A DNA stretch of 64,000 bases from Chloroflexota bacterium (lineage in GTDB: Bacteria; Chloroflexota; Limnocylindria; P2-11E). Made by a program: the position numbers and the translations under genes. Positions 54,033-62,914 of this stretch are shown in pieces. Every line of letters begins with the position of its first letter. Within the stretch, counting starts at the first letter, position 1. Location: the NCBI GenBank assembly GCA_031404235.1, contig JANNHF010000143.1, forward strand, positions 23,999 to 87,998, given 5' to 3'. The notes under the pieces were generated by a model. The model saw only the letters and a list, made by a program, of their open reading frames with translations, did not search any database and was not told the DNA's origin.

Positions 54033-54073
54033 CCTTCCGTCCAGGGGAGCTAGGTCACGCTTAGGAGGGAAAG

Positions 54074-54466
54074 ATGAACTGGCTCGCCGTCATCATTGCG
54101 GCTGTCGCGAACATCGTCATCGGCACTCTCTGGTACGGAACGTGGGCCTTCGGCAAGAGCTGGATCCAGCTCTCCGGACGAAACATGGGCGAAGGCATGC
54201 AGGCTGGCCCGCTCTACGCGCTCACCGCAGTCGCCGCGGTCGTTCAGGCGATCACGATGGCCTGGTTCGTCGGCCAGACGGGCGCCAACAGCGGCGCGGC
54301 CGGAGCGATCGTCGGGCTCTACGTCGGGCTTGGCTTCGTCGCCGCGGCGATGTTCGCCGAGGTCCTATTCGCGGGTCGGCACCCGCGCCTCTTCGCCATC
54401 ATTGCCGGCTACTCGGTAGTCGCGCTCGTCGTGCAGGGAGCGATCATCGGATTCCTCGGGGCCTGA
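54074..54466 (+). CDS. DUF1761-like small membrane protein
   Basis: GGAGGG SD; 130 aa, 4 TM, LAVIIAAVANIVIGTLWYG. Confidence 0.5.
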   Translation: MNWLAVIIAAVANIVIGTLWYGTWAFGKSWIQLSGRNMGEGMQAGPLYALTAVAAVVQAITMAWFVGQTGANSGAAGAIVGLYVGLGFVAAAMFAEVLFAGRHPRLFAIIAGYSVVALVVQGAIIGFLGA

Positions 54467-54470
54467 TCCG

Positions 54471-55604
54471 CTAGGCGGCTTTCGGGAACAGACGCGCGCC
54501 GACCGCCGACGCGGCGATGGTGACCGCCGCGGCGGCGAGCACGGCGCTGAATTGTCCGGATGACACGACGCCGGCGGCGAGGCCAAGGCCTGCGACGACG
54601 AAGCTGAACTCGCCGATCTGGCCCAGGCCGACGCCGAGCTGCGCGCGCCGCGCCGGCACCGAGAACACCTTGGCGAGCACGGCGATCGTCACGATCTTCA
54701 GCGCGACGAGAAGGAGCACGACAAGGAGCACGCCGCCTTCGCTCACGACCGCGGCCGGCTCCACCAGAGTGCCTATCGCGACGAAGAACATCACCGCGAA
54801 GAGGTCGCGGAACGGCAGCACCTCACGGCGGGCCTCCTGCGCCTCGGGTCGGATCGAGAGCAGGAGTCCGGCGACGAACGCCGCCAACGCGACCGGGACG
54901 CCGAATACCACAGCACCGATCCCCGCGTTGGCGAGCGCGACCGAGACAGCGACGATCAAGAAGCTGTCCGGTTGCTCGCGCACGCGGGCCAGAAGCCAGG
55001 GCATGACGACGAGCTGCGCCACCGCGGCGAAGCCGATGAACGCGATCGCCTTCGCGAACGCGAGCGCTGCCGGGTCACCGCTCGGAGCAAGGAGCACCGT
55101 GAGGATCGTCGCCGCGACGAGCGTGACAGCGTCCTGGAGGATCGCCCAGACAACGAGCGCGCGGTCCGTCACCGGGTCGGTCGTGCGCTTTCGGCTGCGG
55201 GTGATGTTGACCACGACAACGGAGCTCGAGAGCGCGACGGCGAGACCCAGCGTCACCGCGCCGAGGACACCGCTGCCCAGCCACGTGAACGCGAGCGCAC
55301 CCGCAAGCGTGCCGAGCGCGACCTGCAGCGGCACGGCGAGGATGATCCCGCGCGGCTCGCGACGCAGCGCGCGCAGGTCGAGCTCGATGCCCACCTCGAA
55401 CAGCAGGAGGACGACGCCGACGTCGGCGAGGACCTGGATCTGCTCCCGATCGGCGACGTACCCCGGCGTGAAGGGACCGACGAGGAGACCGACGATGAGA
55501 TACCCGAGGACCGCGGGTAGTCCGAGGCGCCGGCTGAGCGCGCCGGCGAGCGCGGCCGCGAGAAGCACGACGCCGATCTCGAGGACGGGGGCGGCCTGGG
55601 GCAT
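54471..55604 (-). CDS. cation:proton antiporter (CPA2 family, Kef/NapA-like)
   Basis: 377 aa, 11-12 TM, GLPAVLGYLIVGLLVGP and the conserved antiporter core. Confidence 0.85.
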   Translation of the reverse strand: MPQAAPVLEIGVVLLAAALAGALSRRLGLPAVLGYLIVGLLVGPFTPGYVADREQIQVLADVGVVLLLFEVGIELDLRALRREPRGIILAVPLQVALGTLAGALAFTWLGSGVLGAVTLGLAVALSSSVVVVNITRSRKRTTDPVTDRALVVWAILQDAVTLVAATILTVLLAPSGDPAALAFAKAIAFIGFAAVAQLVVMPWLLARVREQPDSFLIVAVSVALANAGIGAVVFGVPVALAAFVAGLLLSIRPEAQEARREVLPFRDLFAVMFFVAIGTLVEPAAVVSEGGVLLVVLLLVALKIVTIAVLAKVFSVPARRAQLGVGLGQIGEFSFVVAGLGLAAGVVSSGQFSAVLAAAAVTIAASAVGARLFPKAA

Positions 55605-55659
55605 GTCGGCAGGCTAGAGGACCAGGCGATGCGCTGGTGGCTGACGCAGGCGAGTGGCT

Positions 55660-57789
55660 CTAGCCCGAGGGCACGTCCCAGTCGGTGGGAAGGATGTGGA
55701 TCCAGGTCTGCCCCGGCGAAAGGTAGATCTTCTGGTTGTAGAAGTTCGTGAACACGAACGGGTCTGTGAACGACGCGCGCGACCAGATGCCGTCCTGACG
55801 CCGGCCGTCGCGGAAGACGCTCGCTTTGCCGACACCGGTGAGGCGCATGTCGAGGCTCGCCGCGCCGCCCGCGTCGTCCCTGACGTCCGTTGCCCAGATA
55901 TCGGTGTTGATGATCACGATGTTGCGGGCCGCGATCGCCTGCCCGTTCATCCCATCGATCTCGCGCCGGTAGTTGAGCGCCGAGCTCGCGCTCTGCAGGC
56001 GGGCGTAGGTGTGCGACGGGGCGTCGTACTCGTACCGCACGCGCGCGTCGAGCCGATAGGGGATCAGCAGTGCGCTCGCGGAGATGCTGCCGATGAAGCC
56101 TCCGGCGGTGTCGGCATGTTGTGCCGAGCTGAGGAAGTCCCAACGCGGCACGTCGACCGGGAGTCCGCCGCCGACCGAGTTCGACGCCTCGCGCAGCGCC
56201 TGCGACGAGGTGAAGAGGTTGTGCGGCGCGACCTTCCCGTCGACGTTCGTTCGGTAGAAGGTGCTGCCCTGTCCGAGCTGTGGTGAAACGCCGACGTAGG
56301 CGCCGCGCTCGATGTCCTCGCGCACGAGGCGCTCCATGAGCTGCGACGCACCGGAGAAGACGAGCGAGCCGCGCACCATCGGCGTCGTGTAGCGGTCGGA
56401 GAAGCGCACGCTGCGTACGGCGCCGATCGTGTCCGGATCCTGCGAGTGGAAGTACGCGGCGAGCCGCGTGATGAAGCCCTCGACGAGGAGCTCCATGACC
56501 ATGTCCGCCTGGCTGATGCCGTAGTGCGGGCGCGCGTTCGGCGCGTTGTCGATCTTCACGGCGAGCGGCCGACGCAGCGGACTCGGCCCGCCCGCGGTGA
56601 CCTGCATCCCGTTCAGCGGCCAGCACGAGACGCACGCGAGCTTCTGTACCTCGCCGGGTGGCGTGATCCAGGCGTCCGGCTGATAGGTGAACGCCGCCGT
56701 GCCGGTGTTGTTCAGTGCGCCGACGTGCGTCGTGCCGTCGCCGAGCGCCGAGACGGTCGCGGCGTCCGCCTTGCCGTCCTTGTTCCAGTCGCCGGCGACG
56801 AGTCCGGTCGCATTCCACGACAGCATCGCGGGCCCGAACGTCGCGATGCCGCTGACGTCGCGAAGCGCGAAGCGCGACGCGGCCGACATCATGTGCAGGC
56901 GCGTGCTGCCGTCGGCGTAGGCGTACATCGAGAGGATGTCGGTCTTCCCGTCGCCGTCGACGTCCGCTGTCGCCCACTTCGCGCGCGTGACGTCGAAGAA
57001 TCCGTCAGGCGAGGTCCACATTCCCGCGAATCCGCCGATCGGCTGCACTCCGAGCGGTGAAGGATCGAAGATGTGGACCTTGATCTGGAAGTTCGGGTAC
57101 TGGTAGATCATCGCAACCTGATCGACGCCGTCCGTGCGCGTGAAGTGCCCGGTCAGGAAGCGCGCTTTCCCCGAATCGATCTGTCCGGGACCCGAGTCAT
57201 ACGCGCCGCCGTCGCCGGCGTAGAGCAGTCCCGATCCGGTGGCGATGAGGTAGAGGAACTTCAGTTGGAAGCTATCGAGCTGATAGGGGATGAGCAGTCC
57301 GGTCTTGGGCGTGCCGTCCCAGACGCCCGCCAGCACTCCCTGAGCACGGTTCCAGTCGAACATCGTGTGCCGGAACCAACCGGCATTCCCCGTGTAGGCG
57401 AAGCCCGTTCCGGTCGAGAGCCACACGAGCATCCGGACCGTGAAGTTGCCGTCGTTGTAGAGCACCGCGATGTCGGTCTTCTTGTCGCCGCTCAGGTCGA
57501 CCGCGACCGGCTTCATCCTGGAGAGGTCGAACTGGTTCGCACCCGCGAGGAACCACTCGATGTGCGTGAACTTCCCGTCAGCGCCGCGGTCGAGCATGAC
57601 GATCCGCAGTCCGAAGTCGTCGTTCGGGTCGTAGAGGGTCGCGATCTGCTGCGCGCCGTTGCCGCGGAAGTCGCCGACCAGCGTGAAGCCGTTCGCCAGG
57701 GTCTGTCCTGCGGAGCTGCCGCCGGGCGCCACCGCTGGAACGAGGGTCACGGACAGCACCAGCGTCAGGAAAAGAGCGAAGAGCCTCAC
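55660..57789 (-). CDS. secreted protein: FG-GAP/VCBS-type repeat beta-propeller + C-terminal DUF3048 (YerB-like) domain
   Basis: Repeats DLSGDKKTDIAV, DVDGDGKTDILS, GDWNKDGKADAAT; C-terminal AVKIDNAPNARPHYGISQADMVMELLVEGFITRLAAYF typical of DUF3048. Start chosen at GTG giving signal peptide MRLFALFLTLVLSVTLVPAVAPG; the track M1 at 57897 overlaps the convergent gene by 35 nt. Confidence 0.55.
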   Translation of the reverse strand: MRLFALFLTLVLSVTLVPAVAPGGSSAGQTLANGFTLVGDFRGNGAQQIATLYDPNDDFGLRIVMLDRGADGKFTHIEWFLAGANQFDLSRMKPVAVDLSGDKKTDIAVLYNDGNFTVRMLVWLSTGTGFAYTGNAGWFRHTMFDWNRAQGVLAGVWDGTPKTGLLIPYQLDSFQLKFLYLIATGSGLLYAGDGGAYDSGPGQIDSGKARFLTGHFTRTDGVDQVAMIYQYPNFQIKVHIFDPSPLGVQPIGGFAGMWTSPDGFFDVTRAKWATADVDGDGKTDILSMYAYADGSTRLHMMSAASRFALRDVSGIATFGPAMLSWNATGLVAGDWNKDGKADAATVSALGDGTTHVGALNNTGTAAFTYQPDAWITPPGEVQKLACVSCWPLNGMQVTAGGPSPLRRPLAVKIDNAPNARPHYGISQADMVMELLVEGFITRLAAYFHSQDPDTIGAVRSVRFSDRYTTPMVRGSLVFSGASQLMERLVREDIERGAYVGVSPQLGQGSTFYRTNVDGKVAPHNLFTSSQALREASNSVGGGLPVDVPRWDFLSSAQHADTAGGFIGSISASALLIPYRLDARVRYEYDAPSHTYARLQSASSALNYRREIDGMNGQAIAARNIVIINTDIWATDVRDDAGGAASLDMRLTGVGKASVFRDGRRQDGIWSRASFTDPFVFTNFYNQKIYLSPGQTWIHILPTDWDVPSG

Positions 57790-57862
57790 AAGCGCCAGAA
57801 CGTGCGATGCGACCGTTTCGTGACGGCCCGCCAGCCTGCGTGCCGCATCCGCGTCGTATCGG

Positions 57863-59353
57863 TCAGGCGAACATCCGCTCTTCGTAGGGAACGGCACCGA
57901 TCGCGTCGCGCTTGGACCGGCCGGAAAGGAGGTGCTCGGCCATGGTGATGCCCATCTCCGACGAGATGTCCATGTCGACGTACTTGTACAGGCCCTGGCG
58001 ACCGCCGGTCACGAGACTGTCGAAGCGCAGGAGCTCGTTCACGAGCGTCTCCATCGCCGCTTCGAATCCGACCATGTAGACCGGGTAGCCGGTGGTCGAA
58101 CGGAGGACGACGGACTCGGCCAGGTCCTCCTCACGGCAGAAACCCTCCGCCGCGAGCTCCCGGGCGCAGCGCCGGCCGAGATCGTCGGCGGACGCCGTCC
58201 AGATCGCGTCGCCGGTCTCGCAAGTGATGTCGCAGATCACGACCGTTTCGTCGGGCGGGCAGATCTCAGTTCCGCCGTAGTTCCGAGTCTCCGAGACGCG
58301 GTTGAACGTCTTGTCCTGGAAATACACGGACTGCGCCGGAAGCACCTTCGGCTTCTTGAAACGCAGACCGACGATCGTGAGCGCGCGGAAGCGGAGCACC
58401 CGGGCCGCCTCTCGCGCGTCGGACGACACGCCCTCGCCGAGTAGCGCGAAGAGCGCCGGTAGCGGAAGTGTGCTGACCACGCGGTCGCACTCGATCCGCT
58501 CCTCCGGACCTTCGAACCGGTACGTATCGAGCTGCGGCTCCGTCCCCGACGCCATGAGACAGAGCTGCCCGCCCTGCGCCGTCGACGCGACCCTTCGGTA
58601 GCGGACCGTGACGCGCTCGCCGGTGAGTGCGAGGCCGGTGACGAGGGCGCGGGTCAGAACGCGGTTCTCCGCGGACGCCGCGGAGATGCGGTCGGCCATC
58701 CGACGCGAGATGAGCCCAGCGCCTTTCGGCGGGTAGTACAGCTGCACGACGAGCGGGGCGTACTTGTGCTCGTCCTCGGTGATCTTGCCCTTGCTCTTGC
58801 GGAACGAGCTCACCGCCACCTTCCACAGGTTGATCTGCGGGATCCGGTGCCGGGCGAAGGACGCGGCCAGCTGCGAGGGTGGCATCCCCCAGACCTTCTG
58901 CGTGTACGGCCCGAAGAACATGTCGTAGAGCGTCCTTCCCATGCCCTGGATGACCCAGTCCTCCGCGGAGATCATCTTCCGCGGCCAGACACGCTTCCGC
59001 ACGACCTCCACGAAGTAGTCGAAGAACGCCCGCGCCACCAGAAGCGGCGACATGCTGCGCGCGATGTCCATCGCCTCGAGCGGGTACTTGTAGTAGCGGC
59101 CGCGGAATTTGATGCGAACGTTCTTCGCCTGCGCCGGGAAGCCGTCCGACGCGATCTCCTTGAACATGTCGAGCACTCGCTGATTGCGCGCGTGGTACGC
59201 GTGCGGTCCGAAGTCGAAACCGGCGCCGGTAGAGCCGCGTAGTGTCGTCGCGAGACCCCCGAGGAAGTCCTGGGCCTCCAGCACCGTCACCCGTTCGCCC
59301 CGCTCGGCCAGCGTGAAACCTGCGGCGAGCCCACAGATGCCGCCGCCGAGCAC
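57863..59353 (-). CDS. FAD-dependent oxidoreductase (amine-oxidase / UDP-galactopyranose-mutase-like fold)
   Basis: GGGICGLAAGFTLAERGERVTVLEAQDFLGG (dinucleotide-binding GxGxxG). The true start may be the in-frame CTG 15 nt upstream (MSHTVVLGGG...), which overlaps the sucD stop. Confidence 0.65.
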   Translation of the reverse strand: MLGGGICGLAAGFTLAERGERVTVLEAQDFLGGLATTLRGSTGAGFDFGPHAYHARNQRVLDMFKEIASDGFPAQAKNVRIKFRGRYYKYPLEAMDIARSMSPLLVARAFFDYFVEVVRKRVWPRKMISAEDWVIQGMGRTLYDMFFGPYTQKVWGMPPSQLAASFARHRIPQINLWKVAVSSFRKSKGKITEDEHKYAPLVVQLYYPPKGAGLISRRMADRISAASAENRVLTRALVTGLALTGERVTVRYRRVASTAQGGQLCLMASGTEPQLDTYRFEGPEERIECDRVVSTLPLPALFALLGEGVSSDAREAARVLRFRALTIVGLRFKKPKVLPAQSVYFQDKTFNRVSETRNYGGTEICPPDETVVICDITCETGDAIWTASADDLGRRCARELAAEGFCREEDLAESVVLRSTTGYPVYMVGFEAAMETLVNELLRFDSLVTGGRQGLYKYVDMDISSEMGITMAEHLLSGRSKRDAIGAVPYEERMFA

Positions 59354-59364
59354 GACCGTATGGC

Positions 59365-60237
59365 TCAGGCCGACCTCAGCGCCTCGCGCACGAGGCGCGG
59401 AATGTCGCTCGGCGCATTTGCAACGGGGATACCGGCGGCCTCGAACGCCTTCACCTTCGATTCCGCGGTGCCCTGATTGCCGGAGACGATCGCGCCCGCG
59501 TGGCCCATCCGCTTTCCAGGCGGCGCGGAGCGACCGGCGATGAACGCCACAGCGGGCTTCTTGGCATTCGCGCGCATGTACTCCGCGGCGCTCTCCTCGG
59601 CGCTGCCGCCGATCTCCCCGACGATGACGATCACTTCCGTCGCCGGGTCATCGTTGAGCAGGCGCACCGCGGCCGGGGTGGGCAGCCCGATGACCGGATC
59701 GCCGCCGATTCCGAGGCACGTCGACTGGCCAAGGCCGGCTCGGCTGAGAAGGTCGGCGATCTCGTAGGTGAGCGTGCCGCTGCGCGACACGAAGCCCACG
59801 GGTCCCGGCGAGAAGTTCTCGGCGGGCATGATCCCGATCTTGCACTCGCCTGGCGTGATCGCGCCGGGGCAGTTCGGTCCGATGAGCGTCGTCGCGGAGC
59901 GATCGAGGACCGACGCGACCTTCAGCATGTCCTGTATCGGCGTTCCCTCGGTGATCGTGATGACGAGGGCCAGCTGCGCGTCGAGCGCCTCGAGCATCGC
60001 GTCCATCGCGCCCGAAGCCGGCACGAAGATGATCGACGCATTCGCGCCCGTTTCCGCCTCCGCGCGCGAGACCGTGTCGAAGATGGGGAAGCCCTCCCGC
60101 GTCGTGCCGCCCGCGCCGGGCACCACGCCGCCGACGACCTTCGTGCCGTACTCGCGCATGCGCGTCGCGTGGAATGTCCCCTCGCGGCCCATGCCCTGGA
60201 CGATCACCTTGGTGTTGCGGCCGAGCAGGACGCTCAT
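59365..60237 (-). CDS. sucD: succinyl-CoA ligase alpha subunit
   Basis: 290 aa, canonical SucD incl. phosphohistidine region GHAGAIV. Confidence 0.95.
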   Translation of the reverse strand: MSVLLGRNTKVIVQGMGREGTFHATRMREYGTKVVGGVVPGAGGTTREGFPIFDTVSRAEAETGANASIIFVPASGAMDAMLEALDAQLALVITITEGTPIQDMLKVASVLDRSATTLIGPNCPGAITPGECKIGIMPAENFSPGPVGFVSRSGTLTYEIADLLSRAGLGQSTCLGIGGDPVIGLPTPAAVRLLNDDPATEVIVIVGEIGGSAEESAAEYMRANAKKPAVAFIAGRSAPPGKRMGHAGAIVSGNQGTAESKVKAFEAAGIPVANAPSDIPRLVREALRSA

Positions 60238-61388
60238 TTGGACTTGCCCCCCGTTGCGCCCCGCGCGAGCCTCACCGCTTCGGCCGCCGCCTCGTCCATC
60301 GTCGCCTTCGAGACCAGCTTCGCCCCTTCGAGCAGCTTGCGTCCCGCGTCAGCCTCGGTGCCGGACAGTCGGATCACGAGCGGAACGCTTGGCGGCTGCG
60401 TCGTGATGACCGAGAGGATGCCCTTCGCGACCTCGTCCCCGCGCGTGATGCCTCCGAAGATGTTGATGAGGACGCTTTTCACCTTCGGGTTCGCGAGCAC
60501 GATCTCGAGCGCCGACCGCACCACCGATTCCTTCGCGCCGCCGCCGACGTCGAGGAAGTTCGCGGCATGTCCGCCGGCATTCAGGACCGCGTCGAGCGTC
60601 GCCATGACCAGCCCGGCCCCATTGCCGATGATCCCCACGTCTCCGTCGAGCTGGACGAAGCTGAAGCCGAGCGCGCGGGCGCGCTCCTCGACCTCCTCGT
60701 CGGGGGACACCTCCTTCCAGTCGCGCAGCTCCGTCTGTCGGAACAGCGCGTTGTCGTCCATGTCGAGCTTCGCGTCGCCTGCGAGCACGGAGCCGTCGGT
60801 CTGGATGAACAGTGGGTTGATCTCGACGAGCATCGCGTCGGTGCGCGCGTAGACGCCGTACAACCGGGTCGCGATATCAGCGACGGCGTTCCGCTGCGCC
60901 GCGGGCACACCCGCGTCGAAGCACAACGCGCGCGCTTGGTAGGGAAGGAGTCCCACGAGCGGATCCGGCCAGCCGCGAGCGATCTTCTCCGGCTCTTTCT
61001 CGGCGACCTCTTCGATGTCCATGCCGCCTACGGTCGAGAGCATCACGACCGGGCGACGGCGGTCGCGATCGAGAGTGATACCCAGATACAGCTCGCTCGC
61101 GATCTGCGCGACTCGCTCGACGTACACCTTGCGCACCCGCAGTCCTTTTATCTGCATGTGCAGGATCGTCGCGGCGTGCTCGCGCGCCTCCGCAGGCGTT
61201 TTCGCGACCTTGATGCCGCCCGCCTTGCCGCGGCCGCCGGCATGCACCTGCGCCTTCACCACGACGGTGCCACCGAGGGCCCGCGCGGCGGCCTCCGCCT
61301 CCTCATGGGTCGTCGCGAGACGACCCTCGGGGACGGGGATGCCGGCGCGAGCGAGCAGCTGCTTGGCCTGGTACTCGTGGAGCTTCAC
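60234..61388 (-). CDS. sucC: succinyl-CoA ligase beta subunit
   Basis: GTG start at VKLHEYQAKQLLARAGIPVPEG (compare E. coli MNLHEYQAKQLF); ATP-grasp + CoA-ligase domains. The 64 codons upstream in the track ORF are Ser/Arg/Pro-rich non-coding. Confidence 0.9.
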   Translation of the reverse strand: MKLHEYQAKQLLARAGIPVPEGRLATTHEEAEAAARALGGTVVVKAQVHAGGRGKAGGIKVAKTPAEAREHAATILHMQIKGLRVRKVYVERVAQIASELYLGITLDRDRRRPVVMLSTVGGMDIEEVAEKEPEKIARGWPDPLVGLLPYQARALCFDAGVPAAQRNAVADIATRLYGVYARTDAMLVEINPLFIQTDGSVLAGDAKLDMDDNALFRQTELRDWKEVSPDEEVEERARALGFSFVQLDGDVGIIGNGAGLVMATLDAVLNAGGHAANFLDVGGGAKESVVRSALEIVLANPKVKSVLINIFGGITRGDEVAKGILSVITTQPPSVPLVIRLSGTEADAGRKLLEGAKLVSKATMDEAAAEAVRLARGATGGKSK

Positions 61389-61417
61389 GGGGTGGACCGA
61401 GGATATCGTCGCGCTTC

Positions 61418-61969
61418 GTGAAACGCGTTTCGGTGGTGGGAACGACGGGCAGCGGGAAGACGACCTTGGCGCGCTCGCTGGCAGCCATGCTCGGATCTCC
61501 GCACATCGAGCTTGACGCGCTGTTTTGGGGACCGCATTGGACGATGGCGGAAACAACCGTTTTCCGGTCGCGGGTCGCATCGGTCGTTGCCGGTGACGGA
61601 TGGGTCATCGACGGTGGCTACTCGGTCGTGCGCGACATCATCTGGTCCCGGGCCGACACGATCGTGTGGCTTGACTACCCGCTCGCCGTGATCCTTCCCC
61701 GCCTGCTCCAAAGGATCGTCGCGCGCATCCGCGACCGCGCCGAACTCTGGCCGGGCACAGGCAACCGCGAGACGTTCCGAAATGCCTTCTTCTCCCGCGA
61801 CAACCTCCTTTGGTTCGCGGTCCGCACGCACCGCGGCCGGCGCCGACGGATCAGAGAGACCCTTGCACGCCCCGAATTTGCGCGCCTGGTGGTCCATCGC
61901 TTCCGCGAGACGCGCGAGGCCGAGGGCTGGCTCCAGGCGCAACGCCGCCTCGTCGCGCCGCGTATATAG
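61418..61969 (+). CDS. P-loop NTPase, adenylate-kinase-like (FlaR / topology-modulation-type)
   Basis: GTG start; VSVVGTTGSGKTTLARSLAAMLGSPHIELDALFW. Confidence 0.55.
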   Translation: MKRVSVVGTTGSGKTTLARSLAAMLGSPHIELDALFWGPHWTMAETTVFRSRVASVVAGDGWVIDGGYSVVRDIIWSRADTIVWLDYPLAVILPRLLQRIVARIRDRAELWPGTGNRETFRNAFFSRDNLLWFAVRTHRGRRRRIRETLARPEFARLVVHRFRETREAEGWLQAQRRLVAPRI

Positions 61970-61975
61970 GTATCG

Positions 61976-62914
61976 ATGGCGACTCTGACCGCGACGCGCA
62001 CCACGGCTCTCCCGCGTGCTGAGCTGGGCATCCGGTTCGACTGGCTCGTCACCGCCGCGAGCGTGTGGCTGCTCGGTGGGCTCTACTGGGACGGCTGGGC
62101 CCACGGCTACGGGCTGCCGGATTCCTTCTGGACGATCTGGCACGCCGCGACCCCGGCCGGCTACCTGGCGGCGGTCGCCGGCGTCGTCGTATTCGGATTC
62201 GGTGGTGCGTTCGATATGGCGTGGCACACGGCGTTCGGCATCGAGCTCGGCAGCGATGCGCTGCTGAGTCCGAGCCATCTCGTGCTCGGCATCGGCATCG
62301 CGCTCATCGTGAGCGGTCCGCTGCTCGCCGCCTGGCGCCGCCGCGCGTCGGGTGGACTCGCGGCGCAGCTTCCGGCGGTGCTCTCGCTCACCGCGCTGTT
62401 GTCCTTGTTCACCTTCTTCACGCTGTTCGCCGGTCCGTACTCGGCGGTCATTGGGACCGGAGCGAAGCCGAGCGAGGCGACGCTCGTGCGGTCACTGCTC
62501 GGGATGTATCTCTTCAGCGCGCTCATCGTCGGGTTGGCCGTCGTGGCGCTGCGCCGCGGCACCCTGCCGCTCGGCTCGCTCACCGTGCTCCTTGGACTCA
62601 ACGGCGTCGCGATGATCCTCATGCGGGGTCATGCCCCGCTCGACGTGCAGCTCACCTTCATGCTCGTCGCGGCGGCGGCGGGTGCGACCGGCGATCTGCT
62701 GCTGTGGCGGCTTCGGCCATCGGACTCGCGACCGCTCGAGATGCATGCGTTCGCATTCGCCCTGCCGGTCGTGTACTTCGCGATCTACCTGACGGTGGTG
62801 GTCCTCCGCGTAGGGAGCGGCTGGACGGTGCACGAGCTCACTGGGATGGTCACGCTCTGCGGCATCGTTGGCCTGCTGATCAGCTTCGTCGCCGCACCGC
62901 GCCAGGCCTACTAA
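61976..62914 (+). CDS. hypothetical polytopic membrane protein
   Basis: 312 aa, 8-9 TM helices, Trp-rich N-terminal segment; no family recognised. Confidence 0.45.
   Translation: MATLTATRTTALPRAELGIRFDWLVTAASVWLLGGLYWDGWAHGYGLPDSFWTIWHAATPAGYLAAVAGVVVFGFGGAFDMAWHTAFGIELGSDALLSPSHLVLGIGIALIVSGPLLAAWRRRASGGLAAQLPAVLSLTALLSLFTFFTLFAGPYSAVIGTGAKPSEATLVRSLLGMYLFSALIVGLAVVALRRGTLPLGSLTVLLGLNGVAMILMRGHAPLDVQLTFMLVAAAAGATGDLLLWRLRPSDSRPLEMHAFAFALPVVYFAIYLTVVVLRVGSGWTVHELTGMVTLCGIVGLLISFVAAPRQAY

Noticed and set aside
55253-56977. 574-aa minus ORF and other Arg-rich ORFs inside the FG-GAP/DUF3048 gene and CPA2 antiporter region
   Set aside because: Off-frame or antisense products with poly-Arg/Gly composition.
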